From: Syntrophobacteraceae bacterium
GTDB taxonomy: Bacteria > Desulfobacterota > Syntrophobacteria > Syntrophobacterales > Syntrophobacteraceae
Assembly (NCBI GenBank): GCA_025454175.1
Contig: JALOOX010000002.1
Span: 52,564-116,563, forward strand
DNA: 64,000 nucleotides
Reading direction: 5' to 3'
Below are positions 1-9,050 of the stretch, one piece after another. Made by a program: the position numbers and the translations under genes. The first letter of the stretch is position 1; each line of letters starts with the position of its first letter. The notes under the pieces were generated by a model, which saw only the letters and a list, made by a program, of their open reading frames with translations, was not told the DNA's origin and did not search any database.

Positions 1-1
1 C

Positions 2-256
2 TGTACCCTGGAGGACGCCATCGAGAACATCGACATCGGCGGGCCCACCCTGATACGCGCGGCGGCGAAGAACTGGCGTCACGTGGCCGTGGTGACCGAT
101 CCGGCGGACTACAAGGTCATTCTGGAGGAAATGCGGGAGAGCGGTGGCAAGGTGAGCCGTGAGACGAGCCTTCTGCTGGCCAGGAAAGCTTTCTGCCTGA
201 CCCACACCTATGACGGGAACATCTGTGAATACCTGGAGAAGGTCACCCGGAGCTGA
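2..256 (+). CDS. purH: IMP cyclohydrolase domain protein (N-terminal, MGS-like half of PurH), 3' end only
   Basis: Frame 2 reads [30 protein letters not shown]...[28 protein letters not shown], then TGA at 254-256. These are PurH IMP-cyclohydrolase motifs. The 5' end lies outside the window. Confidence 0.7.
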   Translation, partial: CTLEDAIENIDIGGPTLIRAAAKNWRHVAVVTDPADYKVILEEMRESGGKVSRETSLLLARKAFCLTHTYDGNICEYLEKVTRS

Positions 257-316
257 CCCGGGTCGCCGACTCCGGAATTCACTCGCGGTGTTGCCGAGAA
301 TTGGAGCTCATGGCTC

Positions 317-1612
317 ATGAAGGTGCTCGTCATCGGAAGCGGTGGGCGCGACCATTCCATCGCCTGGAAGTTCACCCGGAGTCCACGGGTCGGGAAGGTT
401 TTCGTGGCCCATGGCAACGGGGGCATCGCCCGGACCGCCACCTGCGTCAATTTGAAGACCATCGAGGAAATGGCGGACTTTGCCGAGCGGGAGCGCATCG
501 ACCTGACTTTCGTTGGACCTGAGAAGCCCCTGTCATCGGGCATTGTGGATCTGTTCGAGGGCCGGGGGCTCAACATCATCGGGCCGAGTCAGCGGGCGAG
601 TCGCCTGGAGTCGAGCAAGTGCGACACCAAGGTCATGCTGCGGGAGCTGGGAATTCCCGTTCCTGAATTTGCCGTGTTTTCCGAGCCCGAGCCGGCGCGA
701 CGGTATGTCAGACAGGTGGGGCATCCCGTGGTGGTGAAAGCCGATGGATTGGCCGCGGGCAAGGGATCCCTCGTTTGCTCGACGGTCGATGAAGGCGAGA
801 AGGCTGTCCATGAAATCATGGAGCAGCGCGTGTTCGGTGATGCCGGCAACCGGGTGGACATCGAGAAGCGGCTTTATGGGCGGGAGCTGTCCTTCTTCTG
901 CTTTACGGACGGCACCTCCATCGTTCCCATGGTGGCAGCCCAGGACTACAAGCGGGCCCGGGACAATGACGAAGGCAAGAACACCGGCGGCATGGGCTCC
1001 TACTCCCCGCACCCCTGGCTGGATGAGCATCTGGTCGGGACCATCATGACGCGCGTGGCGGAGCCGCTCATCCGAGGAGTCCGCGAGAAATATGGATTCG
1101 TTTACCGAGGGATTCTTTATCTCGGCCTCATGCTGGTGGACGAGGGCTCGGAAATCGTCCCGTATGTGCTGGAGATCAACATCCGGCTGGGGGACCCCGA
1201 GGCCCAGGTCATACTGCCTCGGCTGGAGACCGACCTGGTGGACATTTGCGAGGCCATCCTCACGGGGCGACTCCAGGATATCCAGCCGGTCTGGGACCCG
1301 AGATTTCGGCTGTGTCTCATTGCGACCAGCGGGCCCGTCAAGGGGAAGAAAGGCTGGTACAAGGGCTACCCGGAACGCTATCGCATAGGCGCTCCCATTG
1401 ACGGGCTCGAGCTCATCGACCCTGGTTGCCTGGTTTTCCATTCCGGCACCGATCTGGACGGCGACGGCCGATGGATCACCACGGGAGGAAGGGTGCTCTG
1501 CATCGTCAGTACCGGCGACACATTGGCGGCGGCCCGGGAAATCGCGTACACCGAGATGGGGAAGATTTCCTTCGAAGGGCTTTACTATCGGAGTGACATC
1601 GGAAAAGAGTGA
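317..1612 (+). CDS. purD: phosphoribosylamine--glycine ligase
   Basis: 431-aa ORF with N-terminus MKVLVIGSGGRDHSIAWKF and an ATP-grasp core. It sits between the purH-like gene and purE. Confidence 0.95.
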   Translation: MKVLVIGSGGRDHSIAWKFTRSPRVGKVFVAHGNGGIARTATCVNLKTIEEMADFAERERIDLTFVGPEKPLSSGIVDLFEGRGLNIIGPSQRASRLESSKCDTKVMLRELGIPVPEFAVFSEPEPARRYVRQVGHPVVVKADGLAAGKGSLVCSTVDEGEKAVHEIMEQRVFGDAGNRVDIEKRLYGRELSFFCFTDGTSIVPMVAAQDYKRARDNDEGKNTGGMGSYSPHPWLDEHLVGTIMTRVAEPLIRGVREKYGFVYRGILYLGLMLVDEGSEIVPYVLEINIRLGDPEAQVILPRLETDLVDICEAILTGRLQDIQPVWDPRFRLCLIATSGPVKGKKGWYKGYPERYRIGAPIDGLELIDPGCLVFHSGTDLDGDGRWITTGGRVLCIVSTGDTLAAAREIAYTEMGKISFEGLYYRSDIGKE

Positions 1613-1661
1613 CACGACTGGATGATTCCGGCACTACTCCCGGGATGGGGGAGATGGGATC

Positions 1662-2210
1662 ATGGGGAGGAAGAGCATGGCGGGCGAGGCAAGGGAGCCG
1701 CTGGTAGGCATTCTCATGGGGAGCGACTCGGACCTTCCGGTGATGGAGGAAGCCCTGGGGGTCTTTGACGCCCATGGGGTGGACTGTGAGGTGAGGATTC
1801 TTTCGGCCCACCGGTGTCCCGAGGAGACATCCCGATACGCCGCGGAAGCGGCCGGGAGGGGAATCCAGGTCCTCATCGCCGGGGCCGGATGGGCGGCCCA
1901 CCTGGCCGGTGTTGTGGCGTCCAAGACCACCCTGCCGGTCATTGGCGTTCCCATCGACTCTTCGCCGTTGAATGGTATGGACGCCCTGCTTTCCACCGTC
2001 CAGATGCCGCCCGGCATTCCCGTGGCCACCATGGCCATCGGGAAAGGGGGTGCCCGAAATGCCGCCATTTTTGCTCTTCAGATCCTGGCTCTCCGCGATC
2101 CGGCCCTGGCCGAAAAGCTGAGAAAAAGCAAGAAAGACATGGCGGATGACGTTGTCATCCGCAGGAACCAGAAGCTTCAGGAGTACCTGGCTTCGAGGGG
2201 TGCTCGCTGA
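1662..2210 (+). CDS. purE: 5-(carboxyamino)imidazole ribonucleotide mutase
   Basis: 182-aa ORF with PurE motifs GILMGSDSDLPVM, IAGAGWAAHLAGVVAS and PVIGVP. A purine-rich SD-like GGGGGAG lies upstream. Confidence 0.93.
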   Translation: MGRKSMAGEAREPLVGILMGSDSDLPVMEEALGVFDAHGVDCEVRILSAHRCPEETSRYAAEAAGRGIQVLIAGAGWAAHLAGVVASKTTLPVIGVPIDSSPLNGMDALLSTVQMPPGIPVATMAIGKGGARNAAIFALQILALRDPALAEKLRKSKKDMADDVVIRRNQKLQEYLASRGAR

Positions 2211-2340
2211 AGTTTTCGCCCGGGAACATTCACTTCGACGGGCAGGGAGGCGACGGGGCTGCATTGCGCGGGTCCCGCGGCAGGGCCGGCTGCGGGCCTC
2301 GATGAGCGATTGTTCGCCTTTTGCCTGACAAGAGCCGATA

Positions 2341-2958
2341 TTGGATTCCTTCTCGATTTGCGACCCCGAAATCAGGAAAGCCGTCTCCATTCTGGCCAAT
2401 GGGGGGATCGCCGTATACCCGACGGAGACCTTCTACGCCCTGGGGGGGGATCCTTACAACGACTCCGCCGTGAACCGGATATTCGACCTCAAGGGAAGAG
2501 ACCTCGCCAAACCGCTGCCGCTCATCGCATCGGATCGCTGGTCCATACTCCGCGCGGTATCCCAATGGCCCGGGTCGGCAGAGGCTCTGGCCAAGGTTTT
2601 CTGGCCTGGCCCTCTCACCCTGCTGCTCCCGGCGTCCCCGTCCATGTCTCCATTGCTTCACGCGCATACCGGTCGGCTCGCCGTCAGGATTTCACCTCAT
2701 CCGGTGGCCCGGCATCTGGCGGAAGCTCTGGGTGGCCTCATCATCTCGACCAGCGCCAATCTTTCGGGGGAGCCGGCCGGCCGAAGCCTTGGGGAGATTT
2801 CCCGGGTGCTGCTCGATGGGGTGGACGTGGTTGTTTCCGGGGGTGAGCTCGAAGGGCGTCAGCCTTCGACCATCGTGGATTTGACCGTAATCCCTCCGCG
2901 GCCGGTGCGGGAGGGAGCCATCCCGTGGGAGGAGATTCGTCGAGCCCTGGGCTCTTGA
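2341..2958 (+). CDS. tsaC: L-threonylcarbamoyladenylate synthase family protein (YrdC/Sua5 domain)
   Basis: 205-aa ORF with a TTG start. Motifs: GGIAVYPTETFYALGGD, KGRDLAKPLPLI, STSANLSGEP. TsaC cannot be separated from the YciO subfamily by eye. Confidence 0.75.
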   Translation: MDSFSICDPEIRKAVSILANGGIAVYPTETFYALGGDPYNDSAVNRIFDLKGRDLAKPLPLIASDRWSILRAVSQWPGSAEALAKVFWPGPLTLLLPASPSMSPLLHAHTGRLAVRISPHPVARHLAEALGGLIISTSANLSGEPAGRSLGEISRVLLDGVDVVVSGGELEGRQPSTIVDLTVIPPRPVREGAIPWEEIRRALGS

Positions 2959-2997
2959 AAACCGGCCTCGGGTGCATCTATATGGAATCAACGGGGG

Positions 2998-5178
2998 ATG
3001 CCTCTCTTGCTGAGCAGCATGTTTGTCATATTGGCCATCGTTGTCTCGGTCTTGCTTGTGGCGCTGATCCTCCTGAAGAGGAGATGGCGCTCCCTCTCGA
3101 TGAGGGAATGCCGCGTCATGCTTTCGGGCGGGGGCACGGGGGGCCACGTGAACCCGGCCCTCGCCATTGCCGAGGGAATCCGCAGACGCGAGCCCCAGGC
3201 CCGATTCTGCTACCTGGGCGTCCGGGGCAAGGCCGAGGCCGTCATAGTCCGGCGAGCGGGATATCCGCTTCACTTCGTCTCTTCCACTGGTTTTCCCGGA
3301 CTCCGGCCGTCGTTTCGAACGCTCCGTTTTCTGGTCAAACTGACGGTGGGCGTTCTCCAGTCCGCGGGGCTGCTCTTGTGGTTCTGCCCCCGCTGGGTGG
3401 TGGCGACCGGGGGATATGTGAGTGCCCCCGTGATCATCGCCGCCCTTGTGCTGCGCGCCATGGGCATCGCCCACACCCGTGTTTTCCTTCACGAACAGAA
3501 CAGCATCCCCGGCCAGATGAACGGCCTGCTCGGTCGTTGGGTGGACCGGGTCCTCCTCACTTTTCCTCAAACCCTTTCCTTTTTTCCCGGGAACGGGAGC
3601 GTGGTCGGATATCCCATCCGCCATTCCATCGTTGAAAAATCGCGGGAAGAGGCTGCCGCGAACCTTTCCTTCGCGATCCCCGAGGGGAGATGGGTGGTGT
3701 TTGCCTTCGGCGGCTCCCAGGGGGCCCGGACCATCAACCGCGCCGTGGTGGACGCTCTGCGCCACCTCCTGCCTTACAGGGACCGGCTGTTCATCATTCA
3801 CGGCACCGGCCTGGCTCGGTCGGACAGGTACGACCCCGCGGCCGATACCGAAAGCCGGGTTCAGAAGGTGCTCGATGCCGAGGAGCGGGCTCTGCTGGAT
3901 GGGTTCTACTACCGGCAGGACTATTTTCACAACATCGCCGACGTGTATGCCGTGAGCGACCTCATTGTCTGCCGCAGCGGGGCCGGCAGTCTCAACGAGA
4001 TATCGAGCCTCGGCAAGCCGGCGCTGCTGATTCCCAAGGCAAACCTTCCCGGCGACCACCAGGTCATGAACGCGCGGGCCATGAAGCATGGTGGAGCGGC
4101 GGAAGTGATCTTCGAGGACACCGTGGTCGAAGAGGGGCAGGTGCTTGAGATCTTGAAGGGAAAAGTGCTTGCCCAGCGCATTCTGAAGCTCATGAACGAT
4201 CCAAGACGCCTGGAGGAGATGAGGAGCCGGAGCAGGCAGTTTCTGCGCCGGCGGGCCAACGAGAGGATCCTGTCGGAGCTTTTTCAGGACAACAGCTACA
4301 ACAACGGCATCGGGGCCCACGGGCTGCCTTTCAGGCCGCTCATGAGCAACCAGGGGCTGCTGCAGGTCCTGGCGGCGGCTTACGCCGGGTCTCCTTCCGC
4401 CTATGATCCCCTGAACGTCATCAATGACGAGGACGACCTGGTCTATTACAGGCACCGGGCGGCCGGCCTGCTCACACACGACAGCTGGCAGGATCGGAAC
4501 GTCGGCGTTAAGCTCATCGGGTACACCCGGTATCATGAGAAGACCCCCGCCCTCCTCCACATGCTGGTGGATCGAACGCCTGCTCCGTGGGTCAAGAGGC
4601 TCTTCGGGGGCGATTTCAAGGAAGTGGGGTTCATCCGCCGGAACATCGTCCACGCCATCCAGGTGATGAACCGCTACGATCCCGAGATTGAGCGGCATCT
4701 GCTCACCGCTGCCGAAGATCCCTATTTCGAGGTCCGCTCCCAGGTGTGCCGGGCCTTTGCGTTCTTTGGCTCCCGCGTCTACGAGTCGGAGCCCGTGTTT
4801 GAGGCCGTTGTCCGGGGACTGAGTGACGATTGCTTCGAGGTTGCCATCGAGGCGGCGACGGCCGTTGGCGAAGTGGGAAAGGACCACCGGGCCCTCGAGA
4901 CCCTCCTTCGGCTGCGGGAGAACCACTACTGGCAGGTGAGGGATGCCGGGCTGAGAAGCATCCATCGCTTGCTCGAGCGGGGCATCGTTCCCCCTACCGA
5001 TTCCCTGACCGCCGAAATCGGGAGCTTCATCCTCACGGCGACGGATTTCCGCCCTCACTTTCCCATCAAGGAATCGTACAAGGTGGTTCAGACTTCATGC
5101 CGCGACCGACTCGCGGACGGAAAAGGCCTGTGCGAGGAGGCTCCGCTCATCGGCGAGGCGGCCGCAAGGAAGCGTTGA
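2998..5178 (+). CDS. MurG-like GT28 glycosyltransferase with N-terminal TM helix and C-terminal HEAT-repeat extension
   Basis: 726-aa ORF. Hydrophobic N-terminus (MFVILAIVVSVLLVALILL), then the MurG signature LSGGGTGGHVNPALAIAEGI and the C-domain motif GAGSLNEISSLGKPALLIP. About 350 further residues carry HEAT-like repeats (DPYFEVRSQVCRAF, DDCFEVAIEAATAVG, HYWQVRDAGLRSI). Its stop lies 1 nt before the mraY ATG. Confidence 0.75.
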   Translation: MPLLLSSMFVILAIVVSVLLVALILLKRRWRSLSMRECRVMLSGGGTGGHVNPALAIAEGIRRREPQARFCYLGVRGKAEAVIVRRAGYPLHFVSSTGFPGLRPSFRTLRFLVKLTVGVLQSAGLLLWFCPRWVVATGGYVSAPVIIAALVLRAMGIAHTRVFLHEQNSIPGQMNGLLGRWVDRVLLTFPQTLSFFPGNGSVVGYPIRHSIVEKSREEAAANLSFAIPEGRWVVFAFGGSQGARTINRAVVDALRHLLPYRDRLFIIHGTGLARSDRYDPAADTESRVQKVLDAEERALLDGFYYRQDYFHNIADVYAVSDLIVCRSGAGSLNEISSLGKPALLIPKANLPGDHQVMNARAMKHGGAAEVIFEDTVVEEGQVLEILKGKVLAQRILKLMNDPRRLEEMRSRSRQFLRRRANERILSELFQDNSYNNGIGAHGLPFRPLMSNQGLLQVLAAAYAGSPSAYDPLNVINDEDDLVYYRHRAAGLLTHDSWQDRNVGVKLIGYTRYHEKTPALLHMLVDRTPAPWVKRLFGGDFKEVGFIRRNIVHAIQVMNRYDPEIERHLLTAAEDPYFEVRSQVCRAFAFFGSRVYESEPVFEAVVRGLSDDCFEVAIEAATAVGEVGKDHRALETLLRLRENHYWQVRDAGLRSIHRLLERGIVPPTDSLTAEIGSFILTATDFRPHFPIKESYKVVQTSCRDRLADGKGLCEEAPLIGEAAARKR

Positions 5179-5179
5179 A

Positions 5180-6289
5180 ATGATCTACGAAATAAGCAAT
5201 CTGCTCATGGCCACGTCGGATTTCTTCTCGTTTTTCCGCCTGGTGAACTACATCACCTTTCGGGCCATCATGGCGGCCCTGACGGCGGTGATCTTCATCT
5301 TTCTTTTCAGCAAGCCGTTCATTCTCTACATGCACAGGCGCTGCCTCCTGGATCAGGTTCGGGACACCGGGGTTCGGTCGGCATTCGACAAGAGCGGGAC
5401 TCCCACCATGGGGGGCGTTTTGATCATCGGGGCGGTTCTGAGCTCCATGGCCATCTGGGGCAACTGGCGCAACCCGTTCCTGGCGGCTTCCATGGCGGGG
5501 ATGCTCTGGTTCGGAGCCCTGGGCTTCTGGGATGACCTCTCCAAGGTGAGGCGCCACAGTGGCGACAGGGGCCTGTCGGAGCGAACGAAGCTGGTCCTCC
5601 AGGGCCTCTTCGGCCTGGTATTTGCCTGGGTGTGCGTGGGACCCTGGGCTCCCGTGGGGCCGGAGCTGGCGAGCAAGCTTTACGTGCCGTTTTACAAATA
5701 CCCGCTGCTGGACCTGGGCCCTTATTTTTACGGGGTTTTCATCTTCCTTTTTGTGATCTTCGTTTCCAATGCCGTTAACATCACCGACGGGCTGGACGGG
5801 CTGGCCATAACGCCATCCCTGTTCGTCATGGCGGTGCTGGGGATCTTCGCTTACGTCGAGGGGAACCGCATCTACTCCAGCTACCTCTATTATCCGTTCC
5901 TGAGGAATGCCGGTGAGCTGACCATTTTCGGGGCGGCCTTCGTGGGGGCGGGGCTCGGGTTTCTCTGGTACAATGCCTATCCAGCGCAAATTTTCATGGG
6001 CGACACCGGATCCCTGGCCATCGGGGGGACCATGGCGGTGGTCTCGGTGCTGCTCAAGCAGGAGATGCTCTTTCCCCTCCTGGGGGGACTCTTCATCATC
6101 GAGGCCCTGACCAGCCAGATTCAGGATAAGATCGGTGTCCAGTGGCTGGGAAGACGCATCTTCTTCCGCGCCCCCCTTCACCACGACCTTCAGTACAAGG
6201 GGATCGCCGAGACCAAGGTGGTGATCAGGCTGTGGATTCTCTCGGGCATCCTGGCCCTCATCGCCCTCGCCACCCTGAAGCTGCGCTAG
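5180..6289 (+). CDS. mraY: phospho-N-acetylmuramoyl-pentapeptide transferase
   Basis: 369-aa polytopic ORF that appears similar along its whole length to E. coli MraY as I recall it: GTPTMGG, NAVNITDGLDGLA, GFLWYNAYPAQIFMGDTGSLAIGG, C-terminal LATLKLR. Confidence 0.95.
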   Translation: MIYEISNLLMATSDFFSFFRLVNYITFRAIMAALTAVIFIFLFSKPFILYMHRRCLLDQVRDTGVRSAFDKSGTPTMGGVLIIGAVLSSMAIWGNWRNPFLAASMAGMLWFGALGFWDDLSKVRRHSGDRGLSERTKLVLQGLFGLVFAWVCVGPWAPVGPELASKLYVPFYKYPLLDLGPYFYGVFIFLFVIFVSNAVNITDGLDGLAITPSLFVMAVLGIFAYVEGNRIYSSYLYYPFLRNAGELTIFGAAFVGAGLGFLWYNAYPAQIFMGDTGSLAIGGTMAVVSVLLKQEMLFPLLGGLFIIEALTSQIQDKIGVQWLGRRIFFRAPLHHDLQYKGIAETKVVIRLWILSGILALIALATLKLR

Positions 6290-6340
6290 GAGGCTGTCCG
6301 AGAACGGGTACACAGAAGCCAGAAACTTTTAAGAGAAGCT

Positions 6341-7843
6341 TCACCGGATGCGGCTTCGCCATCGCGATACGATGTCATGGGGGTGAATGGAGCCCAGCCC
6401 GTTGACCGTGAAGAACTCGTCGATTTCATATTGGTTGCCCTGTCTCCACCAGTCCTTCAATATGTCGCCCGTCTCTCGCCTGAACATCCATTCCTCCCCC
6501 AGGGAGCGGCTGAGATGACGCTGCAGGTTGGCCTCGGCGGTCCAGGAAATGACATAATCGAGGGCGTAGAGCTCAGGGGCCAGGTCAAAAAGGTGCGTCT
6601 CGGGTTTGTAGGAGAAACCGGTGTACTGCTGGAGACGGTCCGCATAGATCTGGCCGTTGGCGAGATCCTTCGACTGAAACATTTGGATTTCGCTCAGGAA
6701 CTTGGCTCCGTAGCGGCGGTAGAAGGCCAGGTCCTTCAGTGCCTTGTAATGGAGCAGGGTGTCGATCTCCTTGGGTTTCAGACGTAGAAATCTCTCCAGG
6801 AAGGGTGGCGTGAAGCACATGTTCTGAAGCAGGAAGGCGTAGGTTTCCGACAGGGTGGACGATGTGTTGAAATCCTTCAGCGCGGGGGCCAGGTCGGCGC
6901 GGGTGTGGACGATGCTCAGGGCATGGCCCATCTCGTGGAACAGCGTTTCGAGGTCGATCCAGCCGCCCGAGGGATTCATCACCACGTGCGCTTCTCCAGG
7001 AATGTGCAGCGCGAAGGTCAGTCCCTGGTGGCCCTTCTGGCGCGACGACTCCAGGTGGAGATGAAGGCCGGGGATTGCAGACGCTTCGATTCCCCAGCTT
7101 TCGAAGAACCGCGGCAGTTCCCGGAGGGCGATGGAATCCGGATACAGCGCGTCGAACTGACCCAGTCCGACAAGGTAGATGGCGTCGAAGCGATTGGATT
7201 CGGAAAGCGGCAGTCCCAGGGTTTCCCTGGCCCATGCATCCATGGCGCTGAAGTACAGGTCCGATGTCTCGTCCATGAGCGTCTCGACCCACCGCGAGTA
7301 TCGGCCGTAGTCCAGGCTCTTCTTGTCGGCGCAGTAAGCCACGTAGTCGGGATAGTGGAGCTCGTCCTCCAGGATTTCCAGAACGGCGCTCCATGGGGCC
7401 AGGGCGAAAGGCTTGAGGAATTTCGAGAGGCTGCTGGTTTCCTTTTCCATGATCAGCCTCTTGGGAACGTCGCTGTTCTTCTGGCACCAGGTGTGAATCT
7501 CCCTCAGGTAGACCTTTTCGCCGTTGACGGCGGCCGAGGCTCCCCGGGCCCACTGGGAAAGCTCGTTTTCGTAGGGCATGGCCTGGAACTGAAGGTAGTG
7601 CGAGAGGAGAGTGTGATAGAGTCGTTTCCCCTCCCTGGACACCGAATTGAGGGAAGACAGGGTCCTGAGATATCCCGGTTGGAGGAGGCTTTCGAGGCCG
7701 TCGTAGATGTCGCCGTCGTGGGTCGGCGCCTGTCCTCCGAGAGCGCCTCGCAGGGCTCTTGAGGTGATTCGGGTGTTGAGCTCGAGCAGCGAGTGCTCCA
7801 GTTCGCGCGTGCGCTCCGGGCCGGTCTCCGGGGGGGTCTCCAT
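6341..7843 (-). CDS. zinc metallopeptidase (HEXXH; M3/oligoendopeptidase-F-like)
   Basis: 500-aa ORF with an LFHEMGHAL zinc-binding motif in the C-terminal third. The family assignment is by general resemblance only. Confidence 0.65.
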   Translation of the reverse strand: METPPETGPERTRELEHSLLELNTRITSRALRGALGGQAPTHDGDIYDGLESLLQPGYLRTLSSLNSVSREGKRLYHTLLSHYLQFQAMPYENELSQWARGASAAVNGEKVYLREIHTWCQKNSDVPKRLIMEKETSSLSKFLKPFALAPWSAVLEILEDELHYPDYVAYCADKKSLDYGRYSRWVETLMDETSDLYFSAMDAWARETLGLPLSESNRFDAIYLVGLGQFDALYPDSIALRELPRFFESWGIEASAIPGLHLHLESSRQKGHQGLTFALHIPGEAHVVMNPSGGWIDLETLFHEMGHALSIVHTRADLAPALKDFNTSSTLSETYAFLLQNMCFTPPFLERFLRLKPKEIDTLLHYKALKDLAFYRRYGAKFLSEIQMFQSKDLANGQIYADRLQQYTGFSYKPETHLFDLAPELYALDYVISWTAEANLQRHLSRSLGEEWMFRRETGDILKDWWRQGNQYEIDEFFTVNGLGSIHPHDIVSRWRSRIR

Positions 7844-8167
7844 GTCTGCATCCTTGAGATGGGGAGGTCATTGCATTAAGGTTCAAGTGGACAGGGAGCT
7901 CCACGGGAGCACAGGTGGATGCCGGTGGGAATCTCCCGCCAGGTCTTGAAGGCTCCTCATCACTTCTAAAATCCTCAGGGTCAACTGTCCATGGCCTTGA
8001 ATCATTTTACCTGATGCGGGGAATCTTGACAGGGACTGGCTTTTGTTGCGCTTAAGGGGCCTCTCTGTCCGCATCGGGCTGGAGCTGGCTCAGCCGTTTT
8101 TCTTGAAAAGAATCGAACGTTCCAGGGTAAAACCGGCGGGGCCCGGGAGCCTGAGAGCGGTAATCTT

Positions 8168-9034
8168 ATGGAGACCACGATGCAGAATCATGACAGGAGA
8201 TCCATCCTTTGCCCCAACTGCCGGCGGCTGGTCAGCGTGGATGAAGCAAAGTGCCCCTACTGCGGCATGGCGCGTCCGGCCTCGTTGAGCTGGACCAGGT
8301 CCCTTGGCGGACTGTTCTCGGATCCCGAAAGGACCGTCCGAGTGATCATCATCGCCAACGCGGTGATGTTCATTCTTTCGCTGCTGCTGCACCCTTCAAG
8401 GGCCGGGCTGTCGATGAACCCCTTCGGGCTCCTCTCTCCGGACCACCGGAGCCTGGTTCTGCTGGGGGAGACGGGGGCCATCCCCGTCGGGCAGCTGGGG
8501 CGCTGGTGGACCCTCATCACCGCCAATTACCTCCACGGGGGAATCCTGCACATTCTTTTCAACATGATGGCATTGAGGCAGATCGCTCCGCTCATTTACC
8601 ATGAATACGGATTCCCGCGGATGTCGGCCATCTATACCCTGGGCGGAGTGCTGGGGTTCTACATTTCGGTCCTGGCGGGAATTCCCTTCACCCTGGGAGC
8701 TTCGGCGGCCGTCTGCAGCCTCATCGGGGCCGCGCTTTACTACGGCAAGAGCCGAGGCGGGGCCTACGGGGAAGCTGTTTATCGGCAGCTCGGCGGCTGG
8801 GTCCTGGGGATCTTTGCATTTGGCTTCCTGATGCCGGGTATCAACAACTGGGGGCACGGCGGAGGGCTTCTTGGCGGCATCATCCTGGGTTTCCTTCTCG
8901 GATACCGGGAAAGGAGTCCCGAAACCATCGTTCACGTCGTCCTCGGGTGGCTCTGCGTCGTGGGAACGGCTGCCGCCCTCGTCTGGGGAACGTTTTCCGG
9001 GTTGCTTCTGTATTTTTTCGTCATGGGCCGATGA
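8168..9034 (+). CDS. rhomboid family intramembrane serine protease with N-terminal zinc ribbon
   Basis: N-terminal CPNCRR...CPYCG. Rhomboid motifs WWTLITANYLHGGILHILFNMMAL, catalytic GASAAVCSLIGA and WGHGGGLLGG. Multiple TM segments. Confidence 0.82.
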   Translation: METTMQNHDRRSILCPNCRRLVSVDEAKCPYCGMARPASLSWTRSLGGLFSDPERTVRVIIIANAVMFILSLLLHPSRAGLSMNPFGLLSPDHRSLVLLGETGAIPVGQLGRWWTLITANYLHGGILHILFNMMALRQIAPLIYHEYGFPRMSAIYTLGGVLGFYISVLAGIPFTLGASAAVCSLIGAALYYGKSRGGAYGEAVYRQLGGWVLGIFAFGFLMPGINNWGHGGGLLGGIILGFLLGYRERSPETIVHVVLGWLCVVGTAAALVWGTFSGLLLYFFVMGR

Positions 9035-9050
9035 GGCAGGGAGGATTCTC

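Noticed and set aside
2692-5058. 788-aa ORF on the minus strand
   Set aside because: It is entirely antisense to the MurG-like gene. The translation is Arg/Pro/Gly-rich low complexity with no motifs, a typical shadow ORF of GC-rich coding DNA.
8026-8054. Sigma-70 promoter (TTGACA-N17-CGCTTA) upstream of the rhomboid gene
   Set aside because: The -35 element is perfect but the -10 is poor, so it was not reported as a feature.
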